Shown in pieces: positions 9,167 to 19,921 of a DNA stretch of 64,000 nucleotides. The notes beneath the pieces were generated by a model, which was given only the letters and a program-made list of their open reading frames with translations, was not told where the DNA came from and did not search any database. Position 1 is the stretch's first letter; each line of letters begins with the position of its first letter. Source of the stretch: Truepera sp. (GTDB taxonomy: Bacteria > Deinococcota > Deinococci > Deinococcales > Trueperaceae); contig CBDCKW010000009.1 in the NCBI GenBank assembly GCA_965218435.1, positions 128,001-192,000 on the forward strand, read 5' to 3'. The position numbers and the translations under genes are program-made.

Positions 9167-10069
9167 TCAGCTTGGTTGGCTCGAGGTGTAGCGATACCCT
9201 TCGCTGGGGCGCAGCTCGAGCACCCCCCCGGCACCCGCAAACGTCCGCAGAACCGCTAAAACCCGTTCGGGTACCGTCTCGGCGGTACTGATGGCCGCCA
9301 GCGTCGGTCCCGCCCCGGATAAAAACGCGGCGCTCGCTCCTGCGTCCAAAAGCGCCTTACGGCAACTTGCCAGCCCCGGAATCAGCGGTTCGCGGTACGG
9401 TTCGTGCAGCCGGTCTTGCGACGCGGCGCACAGTAGTTCGGGTTTGTCGAGCGCGACGGCAGTGGTCCAAAGGGCGCAGCGGCTCGAGTTAAAGATCGCG
9501 TCGGCGCGGCTGTACGTCTGCGGCAGGACGGCCCGCGCCTCACGGGTTAAGAGTTTGGTTTCCGGTACCGCAAAAAGGAGATGCCAGCGAGTCGGCAGCG
9601 GTAAGGCTTGGCAGAGGTAGCCGGTCTCGGTTTTGGCCGACACGGTAAACCCGCCGTAAACCGCCGGGGCCACGTTGTCGGGGTGACCCTCGAGCCCCGC
9701 TGCTAACTGAAACACCCCGTTACGCCCCAACGCACCGCCCAAAAAAGCATCGGCCAGTGCTGCCCCGGCGACGAGCGCCGCCGATGACGACCCGAGCCCA
9801 CGGGCGAGCGGAATCGTGTTGTGCGCCGTAACGCACACTTTCGGCGCAACCTGACCCACCGCTGCAAACGCCGCCCGAAAGCCCTGATACGTCAGGTTAT
9901 CCGGCGTGTCCGCCACCTCACCTGTGCCGCTGTAGCTCAGGCTGTCGCGCTCTGAAAGCGCGGCAGAAACAGTTAAATACTGCGTTACCGCGAGCCCTAA
10001 ACAGTCAAACCCCGGTCCCAAATTGGCGCTCGTGGCCGGGACCCGTACACTCGCCTTCATTACGCCCAT
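9167..10069 (-). CDS. thrB: Homoserine kinase
   Basis: VPATSANLGPGFD, IPLARGLGSS, EGHPDNVAPA, LSGAGPT; start may be ATG 10060. Confidence 0.95.
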   Translation of the reverse strand: MGVMKASVRVPATSANLGPGFDCLGLAVTQYLTVSAALSERDSLSYSGTGEVADTPDNLTYQGFRAAFAAVGQVAPKVCVTAHNTIPLARGLGSSSAALVAGAALADAFLGGALGRNGVFQLAAGLEGHPDNVAPAVYGGFTVSAKTETGYLCQALPLPTRWHLLFAVPETKLLTREARAVLPQTYSRADAIFNSSRCALWTTAVALDKPELLCAASQDRLHEPYREPLIPGLASCRKALLDAGASAAFLSGAGPTLAAISTAETVPERVLAVLRTFAGAGGVLELRPSEGYRYTSSQPS

Positions 10070-10070
10070 G

Positions 10071-10119
10071 TCAAGCTCACATTAAGCTCCACAGTTAAGA
10101 CAACAGTTAAGACCACAGT
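10071..10119. repeat. Degenerate ~12-bp tandem repeat in nnr-thrB spacer
   Basis: ttaagctccacag / ttaagacaacag / ttaagaccacag. Confidence 0.6.
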
Positions 10120-10122
10120 GCC

Positions 10123-11607
10123 CTAGTCGGTTTCAGCACACGCTTGCCAAGCTCTCGGGATATTCTCGATCACGTCCGAGGCGATCAGCCCGTCGCCGTA
10201 ACGCTCCGCCGCGAGCTGTCCCGCTCGAGCGTGCGTCCAGACCGCCGCGCCGGTCCTTTCAAAAAGCGTGTCCGTGTCGGCGCACCACGCGCCTAAAAAA
10301 CCAGCTAACACGTCGCCGGTACCGCCGGTCGCCATCCCCGGATGACCGCCGCTGTTAACCAACACGCGCCCGTCGGGTGCCGCAATCACGGTGGTCGAGC
10401 CTTTAACGAGCGCCACCGCGCCTGCTCGCTCTGCAAGTGCTTTCGCCGCTGCAAGCGGGTCTTTTTTAACCTCTGCCGTAGACATGCCCAAGAGCTTCGC
10501 CGCCTCACCGGTATGCGGCGTCAGGACGCAGTGGCCGTGAGCGCGAACCGCCTTGAACCACGCGTCACCGCCTGTCAGTGCGCCCGCATCGAGCACCGTC
10601 GGGACATCTTTTTGACTAATCAGCTCGGACAGGAGCGCGTCGGCTCTTTTATCCAACCCCGGCCCGATCACCCGCACCTGCGCCCGGTTATCGCCGACAG
10701 CAGCGATCATCTCTAAAGGATTTTTGTCCCACTCGAGCTTTTCGTGAATTAGCTCCGGCCAGGTGCCCGGAAAGCTCCCTTCAGCCGCCAAAGTCACAAG
10801 CCCCGCGCCTCCCCGCAATGCAGCGCGGCAGGCCATCTCCGCCGCGCCCAGATACTGCGCGGAACCGGCGATAACCAGCACGGTTCCGACGGCGTACTTT
10901 TGGGTGTCTTCAGCGCGCGTCGGCAGGTGCGGGCGCACCGTTTCAGGCGTGAGCAGCGTGACGTTCGACTGCTCGTCCAAAATAGCCGCCGGAATCCCGA
11001 CGTCGGCGGTTTCAAGCTCACCGAACGCAGTTCTGGCAGGGTAGAAATAGCTGGCAATTTTGGCCCCGGCAAGTTGCACCGTCCGCGTCGCCTGAACGTG
11101 CGGCCCTAAAATGTCGCCGGTATCAGCTGCAAGTCCCGAGGGAAGATCAATGCTTAAAATGTCTGCGCCGCTGCTGTTAAGCGTTGTTACCATTTCAGCC
11201 AGCTCACCGGCGAGTGCCCGAGACAAGCCGCTGCCGAACAGCGCGTCAATGACAAGCGGGCGTTGCCCTAAAGCGCCCGCCAAAGTTTGCTGAGTGAGGG
11301 GCTGTGGGGTGACCCCGTGCGCCAAAAGTGCGCCGCGCATCGTCTGTGCGTCGTCCCCACTAGGCGTGTCGGAGAGTTCCAGGACGCTCACACGGTAATG
11401 GTCTGCTAGATAGCGAGCTGCCACGTAGCCGTCGCCGCCGTTATTGCCTTTGCCGCAGAGGATTAAGACAGTTTGGGGCGTAAAGTAGCGCAGCGCAGCC
11501 TTGGCGACGGCGCGTCCGGCCCCTTCCATCAGCAAAAGGAGCGGAATCCCGGCGTCGGCTGCCGCTTGGTCGGCGGCGCGCATCTGCTCGGCAGAAAAGA
11601 GTTTCAT
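10123..11607 (-). CDS. nnr: Bifunctional NAD(P)H-hydrate epimerase/dehydratase
   Basis: LMEGAG, GKGNNGGDG, DLPSG, LTPHTGEA, MATGGTGDVLAG. Confidence 0.95.
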   Translation of the reverse strand: MKLFSAEQMRAADQAAADAGIPLLLLMEGAGRAVAKAALRYFTPQTVLILCGKGNNGGDGYVAARYLADHYRVSVLELSDTPSGDDAQTMRGALLAHGVTPQPLTQQTLAGALGQRPLVIDALFGSGLSRALAGELAEMVTTLNSSGADILSIDLPSGLAADTGDILGPHVQATRTVQLAGAKIASYFYPARTAFGELETADVGIPAAILDEQSNVTLLTPETVRPHLPTRAEDTQKYAVGTVLVIAGSAQYLGAAEMACRAALRGGAGLVTLAAEGSFPGTWPELIHEKLEWDKNPLEMIAAVGDNRAQVRVIGPGLDKRADALLSELISQKDVPTVLDAGALTGGDAWFKAVRAHGHCVLTPHTGEAAKLLGMSTAEVKKDPLAAAKALAERAGAVALVKGSTTVIAAPDGRVLVNSGGHPGMATGGTGDVLAGFLGAWCADTDTLFERTGAAVWTHARAGQLAAERYGDGLIASDVIENIPRAWQACAETD

Positions 11608-11736
11608 GCCCTTAGTTTACGGGTTCCGGCGGCCCGCTCACCTGTCTCAAAAGCTCTGTTAAAAGTGCCGGTATTCCCGCCCCGACTTTGGCGGACACGC
11701 TAAACTACAACCGCTATGTCACAATGAAGACGAGGT

Positions 11737-12048
11737 ATGGAAACCTTACCGCTGACCTTCGCTTTAGCTTTGGGAGGCTGCGTCACTGCGTGGCTGTTCG
11801 CGTCGCGGCGGCTCGAGCCTCCCCCGTTTTCAAAAACGCGCCTTTACGTCGGTCTGCTCTTTATCTGCGTCAGCTATCTGCTCTGGGTATCGGACTATCC
11901 GGCGGCGTGGCGCGTCCCTGAACTGGTCGAATATTTCGCCACAATCACCTTTTCAGCGTTTCGCATTTTGTGCGTCGCGGCGACCGGCACCGTGCTTTTC
12001 GGCAGTATGGTCGCGCTCCTTTACTTCACTCGGCCTAAACGCCGTTAG
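11737..12048 (+). CDS. Small hypothetical membrane protein
   Basis: 103 aa with about three hydrophobic segments; GAGG SD. Confidence 0.6.
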   Translation: METLPLTFALALGGCVTAWLFASRRLEPPPFSKTRLYVGLLFICVSYLLWVSDYPAAWRVPELVEYFATITFSAFRILCVAATGTVLFGSMVALLYFTRPKRR

Positions 12049-12222
12049 GTTCTGTTGACCTTCTCAGTTAGAGGCTGTTCCAGCGTGCGGCGTAGCAGAA
12101 GTAAGCATCCAGCATAAAGTCAGCAGTTCGTAAGTCGAGATAGTAGCTTTTGTGTGCTCGAGACGCGCTGGCAGCAAAGGTCATACGGCCCAAGTTGTCA
12201 TTACTTTCGGTAGACTGCTCTA

Positions 12223-12846
12223 GTGGGCAGAAGCCGGATTAGTAAACGTCGAGGGACGAACCAAAGCGGTAAGACGCCGTCCCCCAAGGGCCGCTCGAGC
12301 CTCGGCTCGGACAAAACGCACCAGACTGCTGTCGTGATCGTTCCGCCTAAAGCTGTTTGGGAACCTATTCAAGAGATTCGCAGCGTACATGACAAGCAGT
12401 TTCGGCGCTGGCTGCCGCACCTCACGCTGCTCTATCCGTTCGCGCCCAAAGAAGACTTTACCCGCCTACTGCCCGACCTCGCACAGGCGGCGTGGGCAGA
12501 GAGGCCGTTTGAGCTGACGCTGGCGCACTTCAGCTCGTTTCGGCACGGGCGAGACTATACGGTGTGGTTGGAACCGACCCCTGCCGCGCCCCTCCAAAAA
12601 CTGCACCGAACACTGACGAAAGCCTTACCGCACTTTGGCGACACCGGTTCGTTTCAGGGCGGCTTTACGCCGCACCTCAGCGTCGGGCAAGTCGAGGGCG
12701 CAGGCAACCTTAAGAAGCTCTTGGCTGAATTAAGTGAGGGCTGGGAACCGCTCCGCTTTACGGTGGGCGAAGTCTCGCTGATTTCGCGCAAAAGCCCACC
12801 GAACGACATCTTTCAGATTGACCGGCAGATTACGTTGGGGGGCTAG
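12223..12846 (+). CDS. 2H phosphoesterase (2'-5' RNA ligase family)
   Basis: Two HxT/S motifs PHLTL and PHLSV; leaderless -10 TAGACT 6 nt before GTG. Confidence 0.85.
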   Translation: MGRSRISKRRGTNQSGKTPSPKGRSSLGSDKTHQTAVVIVPPKAVWEPIQEIRSVHDKQFRRWLPHLTLLYPFAPKEDFTRLLPDLAQAAWAERPFELTLAHFSSFRHGRDYTVWLEPTPAAPLQKLHRTLTKALPHFGDTGSFQGGFTPHLSVGQVEGAGNLKKLLAELSEGWEPLRFTVGEVSLISRKSPPNDIFQIDRQITLGG

Positions 12847-12977
12847 AACATCGGCTTGGATTTTACTGCCTGAGTCTTGCGTTGTGCTGGCGATTAATAA
12901 GAAGTAAGCAGACCGCAAGTTGACCGTGCGTCTCTGACGGGCTCGAGCCCAAGCAAAAGCTAACCCAGGCAGCAGCT

Positions 12978-13799
12978 TTACTCGCTGCTCATAGGCGGGT
13001 ACGGGTACACATCGCTCAGGATTTTTTCTACCTCGCTAAAGCCCGCCGCGCCAGGGCTGATAAACTCGTGCGTTCCGCTCGTCTCAGAAAAGGTCACCGG
13101 GCCACCTAGCCGCTTAACCAACCGGCGCGTGTCGGCTGGGGAGACGGTCGTGTCGGCTTTACCTTGTAACACGAGTGTTGGGGTGGTAATCCTCGGCGCG
13201 GCCCGGGATGCGGCGCGGCCAACTTGTTGTAACTGAACTAAAGACGACGTAGGCAAGACGACCTTTTCCCGCAGCTCGCGCTGCACCTCGGGGTCGTCTA
13301 GGTTGAGGGTGGGCTCGAGCCGCCGGAACTGTGACCGGACGACCTCTTGGGTAAAGTCGGCGTTTTGAAACGGTTTAAGCTGCGGCAAGACGTACTGTAC
13401 GACGGGTAACACTTTGGCGCGGGGGTCGGCCAGTCGAGAAAAGGGGGCGAGCAGCACGAGCCGGTCGGGGTCAGCCGCCAGCTTGAGCGCGACCGCGCCG
13501 CCCATCGAAAACCCTAGTAACAGGGTCTCTTCCGCGCCTTCTTGCATCTCTGTCCAAGCCCGCTGCGCCGCCCGCACCCAGTCTTGCCAGTGCGTCTGAC
13601 CCAAATTTTCGATGTCCATGCCAAAACCCGGTAACAGCGGGCCGTGAACCTCGAGCCCCCCCTTGACTAGAATCTCGGCAAGCGGCAACATCTCGGCGGG
13701 GGTACCGGGAAAGCCGTGCAACACCAGTGCCCGCCGTTTGCTCCGGCCCAGCACAAAACTTTTGTGACGCGGGCCGCCGTAGAGGTTGGAAACGTCCAT
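12978..13799 (-). CDS. Alpha/beta hydrolase (carboxylesterase-like)
   Basis: LHGFPG, GFSMGG nucleophile elbow, QGKADTTV, distal His; start moved to ATG 13799 to avoid lepA overlap. Confidence 0.85.
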   Translation of the reverse strand: MDVSNLYGGPRHKSFVLGRSKRRALVLHGFPGTPAEMLPLAEILVKGGLEVHGPLLPGFGMDIENLGQTHWQDWVRAAQRAWTEMQEGAEETLLLGFSMGGAVALKLAADPDRLVLLAPFSRLADPRAKVLPVVQYVLPQLKPFQNADFTQEVVRSQFRRLEPTLNLDDPEVQRELREKVVLPTSSLVQLQQVGRAASRAAPRITTPTLVLQGKADTTVSPADTRRLVKRLGGPVTFSETSGTHEFISPGAAGFSEVEKILSDVYPYPPMSSE

Positions 13800-13940
13800 A
13801 GCTTTGATCGTGACATAGGCGCAGCGAAAAGAAAGTGGTGAGCGGGCCAGGCGTAAGAAGCAGGCAGTTAAGAAGCCGAAACGTCGTTCTGCCTCTCCCC
13901 CCGTACCTACCGGGCTACCCACGCGGGCTACAATAAACGG

Positions 13941-15728
13941 GTGGAAATCCGTAACTTTTCGATTATCGCGCATGTGGATCACGGCAAATCAACGCTCGCC
14001 GACCGCATCTTAGAGCTGACGCAGGCTGTCTCGGAGCGGGGCCGCCGCGACCAGATGTTAGACACACTGGAGCTCGAGCGTGAGCGCGGCATCACTATCA
14101 AAGCGACCCCGATGCGCCTGACGTATACTGCTAAAAACGGCACACCGTACATGTTTAACCTGATTGACACCCCCGGACACGTGGACTTTAACTACGAGGT
14201 GTCGCGCTCCCTGCGGGCGTGTGAAGGCGTCTTGCTCGTCATTGACGCGTCACAAGGGGTCGAGGCGCAGACGATTCAAAATGCGTATTTAGCAACCGAC
14301 AACGGCCTCGAGGTCTTGCCGGTCGTCAACAAAATCGATTTGCCCAACGCGGACCCGGCGGGTGCAATCGAAGAGTTGGAAGAAGTCGTCGGCATCCCCG
14401 GTGACTTTGCGGTCGCAGTCTCAGCCAAGACCGGCGAAAATGTCGAGGCGATCCTAGAAGGTATCGTCGAGCACCTGCCGCCGCCCGAGGGTGACGCGGA
14501 CGCCCCGCTCTCATGCCTGATTTTTGACGCCGTGTTCGACTCGTATCAGGGCGTGATCTCGTTTATTCGCGTGTTTGACGGCTCGGTCAAATCAGGTGAC
14601 CCGATCAAAATTGTGAGTACCGGCAAAACCTTTACGGTGGATAAAGTCGGCTTTTTTTCACCTGCGCCGACGGTTTCTGATCTCCTCGGTCCCGGTGAAG
14701 TGGGCTGGTTGACCGCCGCCATCAAAGATATTTCAGATACCCAAATTGGCGATACCATTACCGGCGCGACGCGCCCGACCCAGAACATCATCCCCGGTTT
14801 TAAGCCCGCGCAGCCGGTCGTGTTCTCTGGTCTCTACCCGACCGATTCCGAAGATTACCCCAAACTCCGCGAGGCGTTAGAAAAACTCTCCTTAAATGAC
14901 GCGGCGTTTACCTTTGAACCTGAAACGTCAGAAGCGTTAGGCTTCGGCTTTCGCTGCGGTTTTTTGGGACTCTTACACGCGGATATCGTCCAGGCGAGGC
15001 TCGAGCGCGAATTTGACCTCGGCCTGATTGCCACCGCCCCTGCGGTCATCTACGAAGTCGAACGTACCGACGGCTCGAAAGAACGCATTCAAAACCCTGC
15101 CGACCTGCCCGACCCCGGCAAGATTGTGCGGATTTTAGAGCCCTATGTCAAACTCAATATCTACGTCCCCGAAGAGTACGTCGGCAACATCATGGGACTC
15201 TTGCAAGAGCGCCGCGGCGAGATGAAAAATATGGTCTATCACGGGCGGCGCGTCGAGCTGCGTTACGAAATCCCGTTCGGTGAAATCTTGTACGACTTTC
15301 ACGACCGCCTTAAATCTTTGACACGCGGCTACGCCAGCATGGACTACGAGCCTTTAGAGTACCGCGAGGGCCACCTCGTCAAAGTAGACATCATGGTCAA
15401 CGATGAACAAGTAGACGCTCTAGCCGTGATCGTCCACCGCGACAAGGCGTACAACTTGGGCCGCAAAATTGTAGACAAAATGGCCGAGGTCATCCCCCGG
15501 CAGATGTTCGCCGTGCCGATTCAAGCGGCCATCGGCAGCAAGATTTTGGCTCGCGCCACGGTCCGCGCTTTCCGTAAAGACGTGACCGCGAAATGCTACG
15601 GCGGTGACATCACGCGTAAACGCAAGCTTTTAGAAAAGCAGAAAAAGGGGAAAGAGCGGATGAAGCAGCTTGGCACCGTCGAGGTGCCGCAAGAGGCGTT
15701 TTTGGCGGTCTTGTCGAGCGGGGAATGA
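13941..15728 (+). CDS. lepA: Elongation factor 4
   Basis: [45 protein letters not shown]; leaderless TACAAT-N6-GTG. Confidence 0.99.
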   Translation: MEIRNFSIIAHVDHGKSTLADRILELTQAVSERGRRDQMLDTLELERERGITIKATPMRLTYTAKNGTPYMFNLIDTPGHVDFNYEVSRSLRACEGVLLVIDASQGVEAQTIQNAYLATDNGLEVLPVVNKIDLPNADPAGAIEELEEVVGIPGDFAVAVSAKTGENVEAILEGIVEHLPPPEGDADAPLSCLIFDAVFDSYQGVISFIRVFDGSVKSGDPIKIVSTGKTFTVDKVGFFSPAPTVSDLLGPGEVGWLTAAIKDISDTQIGDTITGATRPTQNIIPGFKPAQPVVFSGLYPTDSEDYPKLREALEKLSLNDAAFTFEPETSEALGFGFRCGFLGLLHADIVQARLEREFDLGLIATAPAVIYEVERTDGSKERIQNPADLPDPGKIVRILEPYVKLNIYVPEEYVGNIMGLLQERRGEMKNMVYHGRRVELRYEIPFGEILYDFHDRLKSLTRGYASMDYEPLEYREGHLVKVDIMVNDEQVDALAVIVHRDKAYNLGRKIVDKMAEVIPRQMFAVPIQAAIGSKILARATVRAFRKDVTAKCYGGDITRKRKLLEKQKKGKERMKQLGTVEVPQEAFLAVLSSGE

Positions 15729-15858
15729 TGTAAAAAACTTCAAATTGTGAGAGTGACCGGCACTGTTAGACTCGGCGTGATGAAGCGTCTTGTCTGTCTT
15801 AAAGTCTCTACCTTGCCAAGGCTGCACAAGCGGGCGACGTTTCCTGTTTACTTTAAGT

Positions 15859-15891
15859 GTAAGAAGTTTGTAAGAGCTCGAGCACTACACT
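15859..15891 (+). promoter_or_regulatory. Minor-pilin operon promoter with tandem boxes and -10
   Basis: GTAAG 15859, GTAAG 15870, 11-nt gap, TACACT 15886-15891, ATG 7 nt later. Confidence 0.7.
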
Positions 15892-15898
15892 CGTGTCT

Positions 15899-16390
15899 AT
15901 GACGAGGGTTCGTGCCGGGTTTACGCTTTTAGAAATGCTCATTGTTATGAGCATTATGGGCATCCTTATGGCTATAGGTATTCCTATGCTGCGCCCCCCG
16001 TCTTCATATCTTTTCGCTAACGACCTTAAAGCGATGATTTTGCAAGCGCGTTATGAAGCGATTAAACGTAATACGCCCGTCGCGGTTGTTTGGAGTAGTA
16101 CGAACCGTACCTACACCACGCGGCTCGACGCGACCAATACCACCTTTGCCAATACTAATAGTGCCTGCACAAGTAGCACAATTATCAGTACCAAGCAGCT
16201 CAGCGACTACCGAAACGTTGACATCTCAACCAATATGCCGGGAAACGGCATTGTTTGGTTACCTACAGGTTTGGCAAGAAGTTGCAGTACAGGTGTCGGA
16301 AACAGCACCACAACAATCGGTGACGGTAGGCAGACCTATAAGGTCATCACCTCAGCAGGTGGCCGAATTAGGCTCGAGAAAGCATCGTGA
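15899..16390 (+). CDS. Type IV minor pilin, FimT/GspH-like
   Basis: Prepilin site G|FTLLEMLIV; QARYEAIKRN; C-terminal GRIR. Confidence 0.85.
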   Translation: MTRVRAGFTLLEMLIVMSIMGILMAIGIPMLRPPSSYLFANDLKAMILQARYEAIKRNTPVAVVWSSTNRTYTTRLDATNTTFANTNSACTSSTIISTKQLSDYRNVDISTNMPGNGIVWLPTGLARSCSTGVGNSTTTIGDGRQTYKVITSAGGRIRLEKAS

Positions 16391-16773
16391 AGTCGTCCGC
16401 AGGCTTGACGCTGCTCGAGGTCATCGTTGCGCTGGTCGTACTGGTTGTTGGCGTTTTACTCGCCGCCACGATGCAGACGAGCGCCCTACGTGCGAGCAGT
16501 GAAGCCGCCGCTACGCAGGGCGTCACTAAATTTGCGGAGGCGGAGATCGAGCTGCGGCGGCAGCTTGACCTAAGCACGGCTGCCAGCAAAGCTGCGACCT
16601 GTATAACTTCGGTCACGTCGGGTTACACCTGTCAGGTGCAAGTGCGCGCTTGTCAGCTTTCCGGTTCTTCGCTAAGTTGTACGGGTACCGGGAGCGACGC
16701 CGATCAGGTCAAAGTTACAGTGGGTGGCCCGCGTCAGAAAACCGTCACGCTTACCACGGTTAAAGCAAGATGA
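16387..16773 (+). CDS. Type IV minor pilin, PilV-like
   Basis: G|LTLLEVIVAL; four Cys; 4-nt overlap with upstream gene. Confidence 0.8.
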   Translation: MKSSAGLTLLEVIVALVVLVVGVLLAATMQTSALRASSEAAATQGVTKFAEAEIELRRQLDLSTAASKAATCITSVTSGYTCQVQVRACQLSGSSLSCTGTGSDADQVKVTVGGPRQKTVTLTTVKAR

Positions 16774-17414
16774 AACACGCACGAAGCGCCGGTTTTACGC
16801 TGGTGGAGTTGCTTGTCGCAGGGACAATTATGCTGCTTATCCTCGGAGCTTTAGGAAACCTTTTTGTCAGCTCGAGCCGCGCTTACCGGGTCAACAACGA
16901 AGCTTCAGACCGTCAACAGACTGCTGAGGCCGCTACCCAAATGCTGACCTACGAGATTGGTCTAGCGGGCTACCGCGGGTCTGATCAAGGTGCAAGCTCC
17001 AGGGAATTTAAGACAACAGCGGTACTAGGCGTAGTTTCAGTTCCGGAAAGTACACTCATTATCACCAAGGGCGCGACCGCTACCAGCCCCGACACGGTTA
17101 CGGTTCGCTACTACGAAGACCGCTTTATTAGCTCAACCGCAAAACGTACGGCTGCTTTTACTGCCGCTAAGGATAGTGATAATGCTTATAACCTCTACCG
17201 CGCTCAAGACGGTGATAACAAGCCCGCTATCTTAGGTGTCAAAAACCTCAAAGTCGTGAAATATATTAAAAGAGACGGTACCGAAGCGACCAGCGCCACC
17301 AAAGACACCCTCGCCGCCCTTAAGCTCGAGCTCACTTTTATTGACGGACTTAAGCAGCAACTCGTTATCAGCATTCCCAACCTGCAGCAACTTCCCGTTC
17401 TTCCGACTCTTTAA
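16770..17414 (+). CDS. Type IV minor pilin, PilW-like
   Basis: G|FTLVELLVA; EIGLAGY motif. Confidence 0.85.
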   Translation: MKHARSAGFTLVELLVAGTIMLLILGALGNLFVSSSRAYRVNNEASDRQQTAEAATQMLTYEIGLAGYRGSDQGASSREFKTTAVLGVVSVPESTLIITKGATATSPDTVTVRYYEDRFISSTAKRTAAFTAAKDSDNAYNLYRAQDGDNKPAILGVKNLKVVKYIKRDGTEATSATKDTLAALKLELTFIDGLKQQLVISIPNLQQLPVLPTL

Positions 17415-17441
17415 CCCTTTACGTCGTCTCGAGAGGTCACT

Positions 17442-18896
17442 ATGAAAAAGCAAGACGGTATCGCTCTAATTGCAACACTCCTTATTATGGCCGCTATCAT
17501 GGCGCTCGGTGTGGGTACACTCTTTTTAGCCAACATGAACTTGCATATTGCTGAAAACAGCCGCACGCACGCCGTTGCTCGTTACAACGCCGAGGCGGGT
17601 TTGGAAGCGGCACTTGTCAAGTTAAAAAAAGATTATGAAGCGAGCACACCTAAGCAGTTTCCTACAACGCTGACGATGCCGAGTTCGCCAGATAGCGCCG
17701 TGACCTATCAGAACGCTGGCTACACGCCCTACACGACAGCCGGTATAAGAACGCAGGCTCGAGTCGTTATTGTCGGTACCGGCCCGAACAGCGCACGCTA
17801 CCAAACTGAGGCGCTTTTGGGGGCGGCAGCGCCTACTTCGAGCACGCCGCCGAGCTGGATGGGTCTGGTCAGTGAAAATGTTGTAGATGCGAACGGTGGC
17901 CCCACACTTACCGACGCACAGCTACACGGCAACGGCGGTTATGAGATTGCTGGTAATACAACGTTTCAGACGTGTAAAGGGGCAAAGTGCGAAGAGTTCA
18001 AAGTCTCGGACAGCCCGGTAACCGCAGCGCCCGGAATGTCTTCTTACGAATGCAAGTCCAACGGGGGTAAGAGCGAACTCTGTTTTGGAGGAAAACCCGC
18101 CAAATATTCAGATAAGCCTGTTTCTATTGGAGACATCAACCAAAAGTATCTGGACTTGCGGAACGGCACGGGAACGAGTCCGAGTAAGTTCGGCGTCAGA
18201 AGCACCGACACGCTTACAAGCAGCGCGGCGCTTACTGGCTGTACTTACAGCTTGAGTGCTACAACGACGACTAAGGGCAAAAAGACGGAAACGACGCCTG
18301 CCCAACTAGCTACGAGCTATCCCAGCGGCTCGACCGTTTGTGTCAACGGCGACGCAAACGTACCTTCTGGTGCAACCTATTCGGATGTCAAGATCATTGT
18401 CAAGGGTAGCGCGGCTATAAACGGTACCGCTACGTTTAATAACGCAAATCTTCTAAGCATGAACGTACTCGACCTTGGCGGCGACATAACGATGGCTAAC
18501 GGCAGCCGCTTGTTCGGCGATTCCCAAGTAAATTTTGCTGGCTCTGTTGCCTATAGCGGTACGGCGACGATTGCTTCAGGGGGGACAATGAACTTCACGT
18601 CAAAAGCCAAAGAAATCTATAACACCCAGTCCAACGAGGTCGGTTTAGCCGTTATCTCTGTTGGCAATTTTGACGCCCAGGGAGGATTAAAAGGCAAAAG
18701 TGAAGAGTTTGTAAACGCTGCAATCCAAGTAGGCGGCGTAGCTAATGTCAACGGGGGCGCTAAAGTTCGGGGTGGGATTAGTTCAAAAGGCAGGCTGACT
18801 ATTAAGGGGCATAGCGAGATATACGGCGACGCCGTGCTGACCAACACTGACCTCTCGAGCGCCGACCTAACTGTAGCCGCCTTAAGCCGCCGTTAG
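17442..18896 (+). CDS. PilX-like pilus tip protein with large C-terminal domain (ComZ-like position)
   Basis: G|IALIATLL lacking Glu5; ARYNAEAGLE motif; Gly/Ser/Thr-rich C-terminus. Confidence 0.75.
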   Translation: MKKQDGIALIATLLIMAAIMALGVGTLFLANMNLHIAENSRTHAVARYNAEAGLEAALVKLKKDYEASTPKQFPTTLTMPSSPDSAVTYQNAGYTPYTTAGIRTQARVVIVGTGPNSARYQTEALLGAAAPTSSTPPSWMGLVSENVVDANGGPTLTDAQLHGNGGYEIAGNTTFQTCKGAKCEEFKVSDSPVTAAPGMSSYECKSNGGKSELCFGGKPAKYSDKPVSIGDINQKYLDLRNGTGTSPSKFGVRSTDTLTSSAALTGCTYSLSATTTTKGKKTETTPAQLATSYPSGSTVCVNGDANVPSGATYSDVKIIVKGSAAINGTATFNNANLLSMNVLDLGGDITMANGSRLFGDSQVNFAGSVAYSGTATIASGGTMNFTSKAKEIYNTQSNEVGLAVISVGNFDAQGGLKGKSEEFVNAAIQVGGVANVNGGAKVRGGISSKGRLTIKGHSEIYGDAVLTNTDLSSADLTVAALSRR

Positions 18897-18989
18897 TATT
18901 TTTAGTAAAAGTAGACTGTAGACCCCTCGAGCCCCATCATCTTTATAAACGCTTAGCATGGGTTAAGCTTTCATGGTATAAACTTACTT

Positions 18990-19460
18990 ATGAGCATCGT
19001 CTGGAAACTCCGCGAGGTCTTAAAACAGCACAACATCACTGTGTACAAGCTCTCGAGCGTTTCCGGTATCCCTAAAAACACGCTTTACAACCTCGTCAAC
19101 AAAGAACCGTCACGGATTGATTTGGGCACACTTTCGGCTGTGCTGGGTGCGCTCGACGCTTTAACAGGTAGGCGTGTAAAAATAAATGACGTTTTAGAGC
19201 GTGACTCGGAATACGAGTTTGGTGACGACGAACCGGTACCTGACAATGTTATGGAGCGCATCAAATTTGAGGCTGGTAACGTCAAACTCATCCCCTGGAA
19301 GCAGGTCAAAGCAGAGCAAGACGCAAAGCGTGTAGCGGCGCTCCGTCCGATAGGTTTAGACCGCCAAGAGGTGAGTGAAGCGTTTTTGGCGGAGAGCCTG
19401 CGCCCGTTAGACGAAGATGAAATTGAGGCGTTCTACCGGCCCGAACTGCTCAATGACTGA
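18990..19460 (+). CDS. XRE/Cro HTH protein, probable antitoxin
   Basis: WKLREVLKQHNITVYKLS...GIPKNTLY HTH; acidic tail; overlaps PIN toxin start. Confidence 0.75.
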   Translation: MSIVWKLREVLKQHNITVYKLSSVSGIPKNTLYNLVNKEPSRIDLGTLSAVLGALDALTGRRVKINDVLERDSEYEFGDDEPVPDNVMERIKFEAGNVKLIPWKQVKAEQDAKRVAALRPIGLDRQEVSEAFLAESLRPLDEDEIEAFYRPELLND

Positions 19461-19860
19461 AAAAATAACTGACGCCGCCCTGTTAGATACCCACACCCTC
19501 ATCTGGTACAGCGTGTCACCGGAGAAGCTGAGCCGCACAGCCTCGGACTTTATCCGTGAGCGCGAGCACCGCATCTACGTTTCAGCTATTACAGCTTGGG
19601 AAATTGCGATTAAAGTACGGCTTGGAAAACTTGAAGAAGCCCGCTATTTACATGAACACTATCACCAGCGGTTAGCCCAGTACGGTTTTTTAGAGCTTCC
19701 GTTTACAGCCGTTCATGCACTCGTTGCGGGTGGCCTGAACTCGTCCCACAAAGACCCTTTTGACCGCGCCCTAAGTGCCCAAGCCACCAGCGAGCAAGTT
19801 CCTGTTATCACCCAAGACGACGCTTTAGCAGGGCTGCCCGGTACACGCGTTTTGTGGTAG
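19453..19860 (+). CDS. vapC: PIN-domain (VapC) toxin
   Basis: LLDTHTLIW, SAITAWEIAIK, HKDPFDR, ITQD. Confidence 0.9.
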   Translation: MTEKITDAALLDTHTLIWYSVSPEKLSRTASDFIREREHRIYVSAITAWEIAIKVRLGKLEEARYLHEHYHQRLAQYGFLELPFTAVHALVAGGLNSSHKDPFDRALSAQATSEQVPVITQDDALAGLPGTRVLW

Positions 19861-19921
19861 CGGTCTCCACAAACGTTTTATCGCAGTTATATCGTCTATA
19901 GCCCCGTGCTAAAATCTGTGC

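Noticed and set aside
13800..13982. N-terminal extensions in the ORF track (also 444, 34639, 43160, 47570, 61609)
   Set aside because: They overlap neighbours or promoters; SD or -10 position and family motifs favour downstream starts.
18952..18984. Fifth copy of the regulon promoter (CTTAG-N6-TTAAG-N11-TAAACT)
   Set aside because: Spacing fits but both boxes are degenerate; not counted.
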